In this document: piece by piece, positions 12,286 to 24,505 of the stretch | How the letters are laid out: each line of letters starts with the position of its first letter | Position numbering within the stretch: the stretch's first letter is position 1 | Origin: the human T2T-CHM13v2.0 reference genome, Homo sapiens | Length of the DNA: 64,000 nt | Direction: 5' to 3' | Assembly (NCBI GenBank): GCA_009914755.4 | Contig: CP086569.2 | Location: forward strand, 10,944,001 to 11,008,000 | Translations under genes and position numbers: made by a program | The notes under the pieces: generated by a model | Told to the model about the DNA's origin: nothing | The model's input: only the letters and a program-made list of their open reading frames with translations | Databases searched by the model: none

Positions 12286-12591
12286 TTCACTTCACCATTC
12301 AATTCCATTCCTTTCTGTTCCATTCCATTCCACACCACTCCACTCCACTCCACTCCACTCCATTGCATTCCATTCCTCTTCACTCCACTCCACTCTTCTC
12401 CACTACTCTACATTACATCTCTCTCTATCCCAGTCCATTCTACTCCACCTCACTCCACTCCAATCTACTCAATTCCATTACATTACATCACTTTCCATTC
12501 CATTCCACTCCACTCCAATCCACTCAATTCCACTCCTCTATATTACATTCCTTTTCATTCCATTCCAGTACACCGTATTACATTACACTTA

Positions 12592-12655
12592 TTTCTTTGG
12601 ACAGGATCTCACTCTGTCAAACAGGGTAGAGTGCAGGGGCACAATCTCAGCTCAC
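12592..12655 (-). mobile_element. Alu 3'-end fragment (module F)
   Basis: rc Alu 3'-end core; paralog of 63525; +/-5 bp. Confidence 0.75.
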
Positions 12656-12989
12656 ATTACATTTCACCATTCCATTCTATTTCTTTCCATTCCATTCCAA
12701 TCCGTTCCATTCCATTCATTTCCGTTACACTTTACTCCACTCCATTCCACTCCACTCCACTACATTACACTTTACTCCACTCCAGTCCACTCCACTTCAT
12801 TACACTTCATCCCATTCCATTCCACTCCATTCCACTCTACTGCACTCCACTCCACTCCATTCCATTCCATTCCATCCCAGTCCATTCCACTCCATTCTAC
12901 ACCACTCCACTCCACTCCATTCCATTGCATTCCAACCGAATCTATTCCAGCCCACTCCATTCCATTCCACTCCATTCCATTCCATTCCC

Positions 12990-13052
12990 TGCTTTCGACA
13001 GGATCTCTCTGTGTGACACAACCTGGAATGCAGTAGCACTATCTCATCTCAC
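12990..13052 (-). mobile_element. Alu 3'-end fragment (module G)
   Basis: rc Alu 3'-end core; paralog of 39322; +/-5 bp. Confidence 0.7.
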
Positions 13053-13474
13053 ATTTCATTTGACCATTCCATTCCACTACATTCCACTACACTTCAGTCC
13101 ACTCCACTCCACTCTAATCCACGCCATTCCACTCCATTCAATTCCATTTCAGTCCATTCCACTCCATTCGACACCACTCCAATCCACTCAACTCCACTTC
13201 ATTCCACTTCAGTCCACTCCACTCCAGTCCACTCCACTTCATTAGCGTCCATGCAATTCCATTCCACTTCACTGCCCTTCACTCCACTACACGCCACTCC
13301 ATTCCATTCCATTCCATCCCAGTTTATTGCACTCCATTCCACACCACCCACTCCACTCCACTCCATTCCATTCCAATCCATCCCATTCCATTCCATCCCA
13401 TTCCATTCCATTCCATTCCATTCCATCCCTGTGCATCCCCGTCTATTCCATTCCATTTCGTTCCATTCCATTCC

Positions 13475-13540
13475 TTTCTTCTGACAGGATCTCACTCTCT
13501 CACCTTGGCTGTAGTGAAGTGGCACAATCTCAGCTCACAT
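13475..13540 (-). mobile_element. Alu 3'-end fragment
   Basis: rc Alu 3'-end core read in sequence; +/-5 bp. Confidence 0.7.
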
Positions 13541-14059
13541 TACATTTCACCATTGCATTCCATTCCATTTCACTCCTTTCCATTCCATTCCTTTCCACTC
13601 CATTCCATTCCATTCCATTCCATTCCATTCCATTCCATTCCATTCCATTGCATTCCATTCCATTCCATTCCATTCCATTCCATTCTATTTCACTCCACTC
13701 CACTGAACTCCACTCCACTCCACTGCACTCCAATCCATTCCATTCCATTCCATTCCATTTCACTCGACTCCATTCCAATCCACTCCACTCCATTACACTC
13801 CATTCCATTCCATCCCATTCATCCCATTCAATTTCCCTCTTCTCCATTCCACTCCACTCCACTCCAATTCACTCCATTCCATTGCATGCCATTCCATTCC
13901 ACTCCTCTCCATTCCACTCCACTCCGCACTCCTCCTTTCCACTCCATCTCATTCCATTCCACTCCATTCCACTCCACTCAACTGCACTTCATTCCACTGT
14001 ACTGCATTCCATTTCATTCCACTCCCTTCCATTTTTTTCCACTCCCTTACATTCCATTC

Positions 14060-14125
14060 CTTTCTTTTGACAGGATCTCATTCTCTCACACAGGCTGGAG
14101 TGTAGCGGCACAATCTCGGCTCACA
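14060..14125 (-). mobile_element. Alu 3'-end fragment
   Basis: rc Alu 3'-end core read in sequence; +/-5 bp. Confidence 0.75.
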
Positions 14126-14294
14126 TTTCATTTCGACATTCTATTCCATTGCAATCCATTGCACTCCGTTCCATTCTATTGCATTCCATTGCATTCCATT
14201 CCATTCCATTCCTCTCCACTCCATTCTACTCCACTCCAGTCCACTCTGCTCCAGTACACTCCACTCCATTCCATTCATCTCCATTCCATTACTT

Positions 14295-14362
14295 TCCTTT
14301 CTTTCGACAGGATCTCACTCTTTCACCCAAGTTGGTGTGCAGTGGAAAAATCTCAGCTCACA
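14295..14362 (-). mobile_element. Alu 3'-end fragment
   Basis: rc Alu 3'-end core read in sequence; +/-5 bp. Confidence 0.7.
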
Positions 14363-14689
14363 TTTCATTGCACCATACCATTCCATTCCATCCCATCCCA
14401 CTCCATTACTTTAAATTCCATTCCATTACAGTCCACTCCACCCCATTTCACTCCACTCCACACCACTCCACTCCTCTCCATCCATTCCATTCCACTCCAT
14501 TCCATTCTACTCCACTCCACTTCTTTACCATAATCCCATTCCATTCCACTGCAATCCACTCCACTCCACTCCTGTCCACTCCATTCCATTCCATCCCATC
14601 CCATCCCGTTCAAACCAATCAACTCCACTCCACTCCACTCCACTTCACTCCATACCGTTCCATTCCGTTCCACTCCTTTCCATTGCATT

Positions 14690-14755
14690 CCTTTCTTTCA
14701 ACAGGATCTTATTGTGTCTGCCAGGTTCGAGTGCAGTGGCACAATCTCAGCTCAC
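14690..14755 (-). mobile_element. Alu 3'-end fragment
   Basis: rc Alu 3'-end core read in sequence; +/-5 bp. Confidence 0.7.
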
Positions 14756-15054
14756 ATTTCATTGCACTATACTATTCCGTGCCATTCCACTCCACTCCAT
14801 TCCTTTAAATTCCATTCCATTCTAGTCCCCTCCACTCTACTCCACTTCACTCACTCTACTCCACACCACTCTACTCCACTCCATTCCATCCCATTCCATT
14901 CCACACCACTCTACTCCACTCCATTCCATCCCATTCCATTCCACTCCACTTCTTTCCATTCCATTCCATTCCACTCCACTCCATTACACTCCTGTCCGCT
15001 CCACTTCAGTCCATTCCATTAAATTGCATTCCATTCCACTCCTTTCCTTTCCAT

Positions 15055-15120
15055 TCCTTTCTCTTGAAAAGATCTCACTCTGTCACCCAGTCTGAAGTGC
15101 AGTGGCACAGTCTTAACTCA
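15055..15120 (-). mobile_element. Alu 3'-end fragment
   Basis: rc Alu 3'-end core read in sequence; +/-5 bp. Confidence 0.75.
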
Positions 15121-15480
15121 CATTTCATTTCACCATTCCATTGCATTCCATTCAATTGCATTCCTTTCCATTCTGTTCCATTACATTCCACTCCACTCCC
15201 CTCCACCCTGCTGCTTTCCATTCAATTCCATTCCTCTCCATTCCACTCCACACTACTCCATTCCTCTCCACTCCATCCCATTCTATCCAATTCCATTCCA
15301 TTCCATTCCAGTCAACTGCACTCCATTCCACTCCATTGCATCCCATTGCATTCCACTCCATTTCACTGCACTCCACTCCACTCCATTTCCTTCCACTCGA
15401 TTTCGTTCCATTAGACTCCACTGCACTCCCGTCCACTACTTTCCACTCCATTCCATTCCACTCCATTCCATTTCATTATT

Positions 15481-15545
15481 TTTCTTCGACAGGATCTCAC
15501 TCTGTCCCTCAGGCTGAAGTGTAGTGCCACAATCTCAGCTCAAAT
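15481..15545 (-). mobile_element. Alu 3'-end fragment
   Basis: rc Alu 3'-end core read in sequence; +/-5 bp. Confidence 0.75.
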
Positions 15546-15847
15546 TTCATTTCGCCATTCCATTGCATTCCATTCCATTAAATTTAATTCCAATCCTCTC
15601 CACTTCACTCCACTCCACTCCACTCCATCCCAATTCATTCTCATACATTCCATCCAATTCCACTCCATTGCACTCCATGCCTTTTCAACTATATTCCGTT
15701 TCATCCCTTCTCATTCCACTCCATTCCTCTCCTCTCCACTTTACTCCACGTCACTATTCTCCACTCCATTCCTCTCCATTCCATTCCATTCCATTCCATT
15801 CCATTCCATTCCATTCCATTCCATTCCACTCCATTTCATTCCATTGC

Positions 15848-15912
15848 TTTCTTTCAACAACATCATCCTCTTTCACACAGGCTGGAATGCAGCAGTACAA
15901 TCTCAGCTAACA
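15848..15912 (-). mobile_element. Alu 3'-end fragment
   Basis: rc Alu 3'-end core read in sequence; +/-5 bp. Confidence 0.65.
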
Positions 15913-16202
15913 TTTTATTTCACCATTACATTTGCTTCCATTCCATTCTATTCAATTCCACTCCACTGCACTTCATTAACTCCACTCCATTTCGTACAGT
16001 TCCATTCCATTCCATTCCACTCCATTCCACTTCACTCCCCAACACTCCACTCCATTCCAATCCATCCCATACCATTCCACTCCATTCCGCGCCACTCCCT
16101 TCCACTCCACTGAACTCCATTCCATTCCATTCCATTCCATTCCATTCCATTCCATTCCATTCCATTTCACTCCATTCCACACCATTCTATTCCATTCCAT
16201 TC

Positions 16203-16267
16203 CTTTCTTTCGACAGTATGTGTCTCTGACACAAAGGCTGATGTGTAGTGGCCCAATCATAGCTCAC
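16203..16267 (-). mobile_element. Alu 3'-end fragment
   Basis: rc Alu 3'-end core partly degenerate; +/-5 bp. Confidence 0.6.
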
Positions 16268-16560
16268 ATTTCATTTCACCATTCCATTCCCTTCCATTCC
16301 ATTGCATTCCATTCCATTCAATTCCATTCTTTTCCACTCCACTCCACTCCACTCCACTCCATGCCATGACATTCCATTACATTCCAGTCCAATCCAATCT
16401 ATTCCACTCCACTCCACAACACTGTATTCCATTACATCCCTTCCCATTCCACTCCATTCCACTTGTCTCCACTCTAATCCACGCCACTCAACTCCTCTGC
16501 ACTCTATCCCATTCCATGCCATTCCACTCCATTCCACTCCATTCCATTCCCTTCCTTTTT

Positions 16561-16620
16561 GTAGACAGGATCGGACTCTTTGACTCAGGCTACAGTGCAG
16601 TGCCACACACTCAGCTCACA
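16561..16620 (-). mobile_element. Alu 3'-end fragment
   Basis: rc Alu 3'-end core partly degenerate; +/-5 bp. Confidence 0.6.
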
Positions 16621-16904
16621 TTTCATTTCACCATTTCATTGCATTCCATTCCATTCCTTTCCATTTACTTCAAATCAATTACACTTCACTCCACTCCACT
16701 CCACGCCATTTCATTCCATTACATTCCAGTACATTCTACTCCATTACACTCCACTCCACGAGGCTATATTCCATTACATCTCATACCGTTCCACTCCATT
16801 CCACTCCTATCCAATCTACTCCATTCCACACCACTTCCTCTCCACGCTATTCCATTCCATTCCATTCCATTCCACTCTGTTCCTCTCCATTCCCTTCCCT
16901 TCCT

Positions 16905-16970
16905 TTTCATAGACAGGATCTCACTCTTTCACTCAGGCTAGAATGCAGTGACACACTCTCAGCTCATATT
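16905..16970 (-). mobile_element. Alu 3'-end fragment
   Basis: rc Alu 3'-end core partly degenerate; +/-5 bp. Confidence 0.6.
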
Positions 16971-17261
16971 GCGTTTCACCATTCCATTGAATTCCATTCC
17001 ATTCCATTCCATTTAATTCAAATCCATTCCACTCCACTCCCCACCATTCCATTCCATTACATTCCAGTGCATTCCACTCCAATCCACTCCACTCCACTAT
17101 GCTATATTCCATTTCATCCCGTCCCATTCCACTCCTCTCCACTCTACACCACTGCACTACACTCCTATCCACTCCATTCCATTCCATTCCATTCCATTCC
17201 ATTCCATTCCATTCCACTCCACTCCATTCCATTCCATTCCACTCCATTCCATTCCATTCCT

Positions 17262-17326
17262 TCCTTTCGACAACATCTCACTCTGTCATGCAGACTGGAG
17301 TGCAGTGGCACAATCTCAGCTCACGT
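17262..17326 (-). mobile_element. Alu 3'-end fragment
   Basis: rc Alu 3'-end core read in sequence; +/-5 bp. Confidence 0.75.
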
Positions 17327-17651
17327 TTCATTTCACCATTCCATTCCCTTACATTCCATTCCATTCCACTCAACTGCACTGCACTCCACTACATTCTATT
17401 CCATTCCATTCCATTCCATTCCATTCCATTCCATTCCATTCCATTCCATTCCATTCCATTCCATTCCACTGCATCCCATTCCATTCCACTCTATTCCAAA
17501 CCACTCCACTCCACTCCAATTCATTCCACACCACTCCACTCCACTCCATTGCATTCCATTCCAACCAATTCCATTCCACTCCGTTACATTCCACTCCAGT
17601 CCACTCGATTCAATTCCATCCCATAGCATTTCTCTCCATTCCTTTCCATTC

Positions 17652-17715
17652 TTTCTTTCAACAAGATCTTACTCTGTCACAGGCTGGAGTGCAGTGGCCC
17701 AATCTTAGCTCACAT
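17652..17715 (-). mobile_element. Alu 3'-end fragment
   Basis: rc Alu 3'-end core read in sequence; +/-5 bp. Confidence 0.7.
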
Positions 17716-17971
17716 TTTATTTCACCATTCCATTCCATTCGATTCCACTCAATTCCACTACACTCTACTCAAGTCCACTCCACTCCATTCCATTCCATTC
17801 CACTGCCCTCCACTCCACTCCTCTCTTCTCCGTTCCATCCGATTCCATTCCCCTCCTTTCCAACACACTTCACTCCACTTCTCTCCATTCCGTGCCTTTC
17901 CATTCCATCACGTTCCACTCCACTCCACTCCACTCCACTCCACTCCACTCCATTCCAATACACACCATTAC

Positions 17972-18045
17972 ATTACATTCCTTTCTTTCGACAGGATCTC
18001 ACTCTGTCAAACAGGCTGGAATACAGTGGCACAATCTCAGCTCAC
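17972..18045 (-). mobile_element. Alu 3'-end fragment
   Basis: rc Alu 3'-end core read in sequence; +/-5 bp. Confidence 0.75.
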
Positions 18046-18574
18046 ATTTTATTTAACCATTGCATTCCATTCCATTCCCATTTGTTCCGTTCCATTCCGT
18101 TCCACTGAACTACACTGCACTCCATTCCACTCCACTCCAGTCCATTCCGCTCGACTTCACTCCGTTCCATTCCATTCCATTCCACTCCATTTCACACAAC
18201 TCCACTCCAGTAAAATCCTCTTCACTCTGTTACATTTTATCCCATTCCATTCCACTCCATTCGATTCCATTCCATTCCGTTCCATTCCTTTCCATTCTGT
18301 TCCATTCCATTCCACTCCATTTCATTCCACTCCATTCCACTCTATTCCTTTCCTTTCCATTCCACTCTGTTCCACTGCATTCCACTCCACTCCATTCCAC
18401 TCCACTCAATTCGCTTCCTCCCCTCTATTCCAATCCATTCATTTACTCTGCATTACATGCCATTCCACTCCATTCCAGTCCACTTCATTACACTCCCTCC
18501 ATTCCACTCCACTGCACTCCATTTTATTCCACTATACTCCATTCCATTCAATTCTAATACAAATCATTCCATTC

Positions 18575-18640
18575 CTTTATTTCGACTGGATCTCACTTTA
18601 TCACTTGGACTGGAATGTAGAGGCACATTCTTAGTCGACA
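18575..18640 (-). mobile_element. Alu 3'-end fragment (degenerate)
   Basis: GGATCTCACTTTATCACTTGGACTGGAATGTAGAGGCACATTCTTAGTCGAC; +/-5 bp. Confidence 0.55.
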
Positions 18641-19999
18641 TTTCATTTCACTATTCCATTCCATTCCATTTCATTCCGTTGCATTCCATTCCATTCCAAT
18701 GCATTCCATTCCATTCCCTTCCATCAATTCCGTTCCCTTCCATTCCATTCCACCGCACTCTGATCATCTCCACTCAACTCCATTCCACTCCACTCCACTC
18801 CACTTTGTTCTGTTCAGATCCATTCCATTCCATTTCATTCCATTCCAGGCCATTCCTCTCCATTCAACTCCACTCCATTGCATTCCATTCCACGCCACTC
18901 CACTCCCTTCCCCTCCACTCCATTCCACTCCATTCCATTCCAATTCACTCCTCTTCATTTTATTCCAATGCACTCGATTCCATTCCACTCCAGTCCACTC
19001 CACTCCATTCCATTTCGTTCCATACCACTGAACTCCAATCCACTCCACTCAAATCCACTCCACTCCACTCCTCTCCACTCCATTGTATTCCGCTCCGTTT
19101 CGTTCCATTCTTTTCCATTTCAGTCCACTTCATTTCACTCCATTCCATTCCATTCCACTCCATTTCATTAAATTCCTTTCAAATCGATTCCACTCCATTC
19201 CACTGAATTCCATTCCTCTCTATTCCACTTCATTCCATTCCACTCGATTCCATTCCACTCCATTCCACCCTACACCACTCCATTCCACCTCAGTCCATTC
19301 CACTCAAGTGCACTAAACTCCCCTCCACTCCACTCCATTCCATTCAATTCTATTCCATTCTATTCCACTGCACTATGATCCACTCCACTGTACTCCTCTC
19401 CACACTTCTCTACACCTTTCTGTTCCTTTCCTTTCTGTTCTGATCCTTTCCATTCCATTCCACTCCATTCTATTACACTCCACTCCACTCCACTTCATTC
19501 CATTTCACTCCATTCCACTCCATTCCACTTCAATCCATTCCAATCCAATCCACTACCATCCACTCCACTCCACTCCATTCTATTACACTCCATTCATTTC
19601 CTTTCCACTCAATTCCATTCCATTCCATTCCATTACACTCCACTCCATTCCACTCCACTGCATTCCACTGTATTCCACTCCACTCTCCTCCACTCAATTC
19701 CATTCAATTAAACTCCATTCCATTGTATTCCATTACACTTCATTCAACTTTATTCCACGCCACTCCAGGCCACTACACTCCTTTCCAATCCTCTCCATTC
19801 CGTTGCACTCCATTCCATTCCAGTCCACTCCATTCCATTCCATTCCATTCCATTCCATTCAACTCCATTCCATTCCGTTCCATTCCATTCTGTTCCATTC
19901 CATTCCATTCCATTCCATTCAACTCCATTCCATTCCATTCCATTCCATTCCGTTCCATTCCATTCCATTCCATTCCATTCCATTCCATTCCATTCCATT

Positions 20000-20060
20000 A
20001 TTTTGACTGGATCTCACTCTGTCACCCAGAATGGAGTACAGTGGCACAATCTTAGCTCAC
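20000..20060 (-). mobile_element. Alu 3'-end fragment
   Basis: paralog of 272-332; +/-5 bp. Confidence 0.8.
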
Positions 20061-21034
20061 GTTTCTTTTCACCGTTCGATTCCATTTTTTTGCATTCCAA
20101 TCCATTCCATTCCATACCATTGCATTGCATTCCACTCCATTCCACTCCATTCCATTCCAATGCTCTCGGATCCCCTCAACTCAAACCCACCCCACTGCAC
20201 TCCACTCCACGACGTTTGATCCATTCAATTCCATTCTGTTCCATTCCCTTCCATTGCATTCCACTCCATTCTATTGCAATCCAATCCATTCCATTCCACT
20301 CTATTCCACTCCACTCCACTCCATTGCACTCAACTCCACTTCACACCACTCCAGTCCACTCCATTGCATTCCTTTCCTTTCCATTCCTCTCCACTCTACT
20401 CCAATCCACTCCACCACATTCCATTCAATTCCATTCCATTGCACTCCGATGATTTCCTCTCAACTCCACTCCCCTCCACTCCATTCCATTCCATTCTGTT
20501 CTCTTCCATTCTATTCCACTCAATTCCATTCCACCCCCCTCCATTCCACTGCACTCCATTTCTGTCCATTCCTATTCACTTCACTCCACTCCACTTGTCT
20601 CAATTCCATTCCAATCCCTTCCATTCCATTCCGTTACATTCCATTCAATTCTTTCCACGCCATTCCACTCCGTTCCACTCCACTCCATTCCACTCCATTG
20701 CACTCCACTCCATTCCACTCCATTGCACTCCACTCCATTCCACTCATCTCCATTCCACTCCAATCCACTGCATTCCACTCCACTCCATTCCACTCCATTG
20801 CACTCCACTCCATTCCACTCCATTGCACTCCACTCCATTCCACTCATCTCCATTCCACTCCAATCCACTGCATTCCACTCCATTCCATTCCATTCCATTC
20901 CATTCCATTCCACTCCATTCTACTCCATTCCACACCACTCCATTCCACTCCTTTCCACTCCATTGTACCCCATTCCATTCCGCTCCACTCCATTCCATTC
21001 CATTCCATTCCACTCCTTTCCATTTCATTCCATT

Positions 21035-21095
21035 ATTTTGATTGGATATCTTTCTGTCACCCAGACTGGGGTGCAGTGGCACAGTCGTAGCTCAC
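21035..21095 (-). mobile_element. Alu 3'-end fragment
   Basis: paralog of 1195-1255; +/-5 bp. Confidence 0.75.
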
Positions 21096-21627
21096 ATTTC
21101 TTTTCACCATTCGATTCCATTCCTATGCATTCGAATCCATTCTATTCCATTCCATTCCGTTCCTTTCCATTAAATTATTTTCCATTCCTTTCCATTCCAT
21201 TCCACGCCACTCCATTCCATTCCACTCCACTCCACTCCACTCCATTTCCTTCCATTCCATTCCACGCCATTCTACTCCACTCCATTCCATTCGTTTCCTT
21301 TCCTTTGCATTGCATTCCACTGCACTCTGATGCACTCCACTAAACTCCAGTCCACTCTCCTCCACTCCACTTCGCTCCATTCTATGCCATTCTGTTCCGT
21401 TTCATTCAGTTGCATTCCATTCCAGTCCACTCAATTCCACTCCACTCCATTTCACTCCATTCCATTCCATTCCACTGCATTCCATGCCTTTCCATTCTGC
21501 TCCATTCTACTCCATTCCACTGCACTCCATTCCACTGCACTCCATGCCACTCCACTCCACTCCATTCAACTTCATTCCATGGCACTCCACTCCATTCCAT
21601 TCCATTCTACTACATTCCATTCCATTC

Positions 21628-21692
21628 CTTTATTTCTATGGGATCTCACTCTGACAACGAGAACGGAATGCAGTGGCCCAATCTTAGCTCAC
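21628..21692 (-). mobile_element. Alu 3'-end fragment
   Basis: paralog of 1786-1847; +/-5 bp. Confidence 0.7.
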
Positions 21693-21755
21693 ATTTCATT
21701 AACCATTCCACTCCACTCCATTCCATTCCATTCTACTCCATTCCATTTCATTCCT

Positions 21756-21818
21756 TTATTTGGACGGAATCTCACTCTCTCACACAGACTGGAGTGTCGT
21801 GTCCCAATCTTAGCTCAC
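21756..21818 (-). mobile_element. Alu 3'-end fragment
   Basis: paralog of 1911-1973; +/-5 bp. Confidence 0.7.
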
Positions 21819-22149
21819 ATTTCATTAACCATAGCATTTCTTTCCATTCCATTCCATTTCATTCCATTCCACTGCACTCCGATCCACTCTTCTGAACTCC
21901 ACTACACTCCACTCTGCTCTAGAGATTTCCATTCCGTTCCATTCCGTTCCGTTGCAGTTCACTCCACTCTACTTCATTACATTCCACTTCATTACACTCC
22001 ATTCCTCTCCACTTCACTCCATTCCCCTCCTTTCCACTCCATTCCGTTCCATTCCATTCCATTCCTTTCCATTCCATTACACTCCATTCCATTCCATTCC
22101 AATGCACTCCATTCCATTCCATTCTACTCCGTTCCAATCCATCCCTTTA

Positions 22150-22195
22150 CTTCGACGTGATATAAAGTGGCCAAATCGTAACTAACATTTCATTA
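22150..22195 (-). mobile_element. Alu 3'-end fragment relic (heavily decayed)
   Basis: TTCGACGTGATATAAAGTGGCCAAATCGTAACTAACATTTCATTAATC retains frame of the CATTAACC-type copies. Confidence 0.4.
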
Positions 22196-22440
22196 ATCAT
22201 TCCATTCCATTCCATTGCATTCATTCAATTGCATTCCATTCCATTCCGTTCCATTCCTTTCCATGCCATTCCATTCCATTCCATTCCATTCCATTCCATT
22301 CCATTCCATTCCATTCCATTCCATTCCATTGCATTCTCTTCCATTCCTCTGCACTCCAGTCAACTCCATTCAACTCCAATTCTCTCCTCTCCCCTTTGTT
22401 CTTTTCCGTTCCATTTTATTCCGGTCCCTTCCATTCCTTT

Positions 22441-22500
22441 ATTTCTACTGGATCTCACACTGTCACCCAGAATGGAGTGCTGTGGCACAATCTAGCTCAC
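22441..22500 (-). mobile_element. Alu 3'-end fragment
   Basis: rc Alu 3'-end core read in sequence; +/-5 bp. Confidence 0.75.
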
Positions 22501-22759
22501 ATTTCATTTCACCATTCCATTCCATTCCATTCCATTCCATTCCATTCCATTCCACTCCATTCCATTCCTGTCCATTCCACTCCATCACATTCCACTCCAC
22601 TCCACTCCACTCCAGTCTATTCCATTCCATTCCATTACACTGCAGTCTGATCAACTCCACTCAAATCCTCTCCATGGCAAGCCACTCCACTCCGTTCCAT
22701 TCCATTCCCTTCCAATCCACTCCTTCCATTCCGCTCAACTCCATTCCATTCCATTCCTT

Positions 22760-22822
22760 TATTTAGAATGGAACTCACTTTGTCACTCAGAATGGATTGC
22801 AGTGTTCTTATCTTAGCTCACA
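22760..22822 (-). mobile_element. Alu 3'-end fragment
   Basis: rc Alu 3'-end core partly degenerate; +/-5 bp. Confidence 0.6.
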
Positions 22823-24444
22823 TTTCAATCACCATTCGATACAATTCCATTCCATTGCATAACATACCATTGAATTCCATTCCATTTCACTGCATTATGA
22901 GACAATCCACTTAACTCCACTCCACTCCATTCCACTCTGTTCCATTCCATTCCATTCCGCTCCATTTCTTTCCGTTCTTTTCCATTCCATTCCATTCCAC
23001 TTCGCTCCATTCCACTCCACTCCACTCCACTGCATTCAATTCCATTTAATTCAACTGCCCTGCGATCCACTCTACTCAATTTCACTCCATTCGACTCCAA
23101 TCCTCCCAAATCCACTCCATTCCCCTTCACTTCACTAAAATCTAGTTCATTCTACTCCACTCCACTCCATTCCATTCCATTCCATTCTATTCCACTACCC
23201 TCCATTCCTCTCCACTGCACTCCACTCCACTCAGTTCAATTCCATTCCACTCCATTCTATTCCTCTCCACTCCACTGCACTCCACTCCATTCAGTTCAAT
23301 TCCATTCCACTCCACTCCATTCTATTTCATTCCACTCCATTCCATTCCACTCCACTCCACTGCACTCCTCTCCACTCAATTCAGTTTCAGTCCACTCCAC
23401 TCCATTCCATTTCATTCCACTCAACTCCATTCCATTCCACTCCATTCCACTCCTCTCCACTGCACTCCGCTCCACTCAATTCAATTTCATTCCACTCCAG
23501 TCCACTCCATTCCATTCCACTGCACTCCGATCCACTCCACTCTACTCAAGTCCACTGTACTCCACTCTACTCTGTTCTGCTCCATTCTCTATCATTCCTT
23601 TCCATTGCATTCCATTCCACTCCACTCCACCCCACTCATCTCCGTTCCAATCCATTCCGTTCCATTCTACTCCATTCCATTCCGCACCATTCTACTGAAT
23701 TCCATTCCTCTCTATTCCACTCCATTCCACTCCCATCCATTCTACTCCACTCCATTCCACTCCACTCCACTCAATTGCATTCCATTCCTTTCCATTCTAT
23801 TCCACTGTTCTCTGATTTTCTCCACTCAGTTTCACTCCACGCCACTCCACTCCGTTCTGCTCCATGCCTTTCTATTCTGTTCCATTCCCTTCCATTCCAT
23901 TTCAGTGCATTCCATTCCACTTCACTCCGTTCCATTCCAGTCAATTACACTCCACTCCACTACGTTACATTCCAATACACGCCATTCCATTCCATTCCAC
24001 TGCACTGTGATCCACTCCACTCAACTCCACTGAACTCCACTCCGTTCCATTCCATTCCTTTCAATTCCAATCTGTTTTATATGTTGAATTCCACTGCATT
24101 CCATTCCTTTCCACCTCATTCCACTCTACTCAACACGATTCCACTCCTCTTCCCTCCAATCCATTCCATTCCAATCCAATCCATTCCATTCCACTCCTTT
24201 CCATTCCAATCCATTCCACTCCATTCCAATCTAGTCGATTCCGCTTCACTCCATTCCACCCCAATGCACTCGATTCCATTCCATTCCAATCCATTCCATT
24301 CCATTCCATTCCATTCCACTCTATTCCACTCCACTCCACTCCATTACCCTCCACCCCTTTCCAGTCCACTCCAATGCATTACAATCCATTCCGTTCCACT
24401 CCACTCCATTCCATTCGATTCTACTGCATTCCATTCAATTGCTT

Positions 24445-24505
24445 TATTTCGAATCTATCTCACTCTGTCAAAAATCCTGGAGTGCAGTGGCACAATCTTA
24501 GCTCA
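24445..24505 (-). mobile_element. Alu 3'-end fragment
   Basis: rc Alu 3'-end core read in sequence; +/-5 bp. Confidence 0.7.

Larger units (their letters stand above)
11038..13540. repeat. ~1.8-kb HOR family unit (A,B,B',C,D,E) followed by modules F,G,H
   Basis: A 11038, B 11224/11349, C 11810, D 12018, E 12220, F 12592, G 12990, H 13475; A-to-B spacing 182-186 bp as in other units. Confidence 0.75.
19650..22110. repeat. Duplicated satellite block, copy 2 (paralog of 1-2300) with ~105-bp internal tandem expansion near 20700-20860
   Basis: Same ordered landmarks as 1-2300; extra CACTCCATTGCACTCCACTCCATTCCACTCATCTCCATTCCACTCCAATCCACTGCATTCC unit present twice. Confidence 0.85.

Noticed and set aside
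22140-22200. Apparent unique non-satellite sequence TTCGACGTGATATAAAGTGGCCAAATCGTAACTAACATTTCATTAATC
   Set aside because: It occupies the position of an Alu fragment and retains its frame and junction (..CTAACATTTCATTAATC vs ..GCTCACATTTCATTAACC). It is a decayed copy, not a unique insertion.
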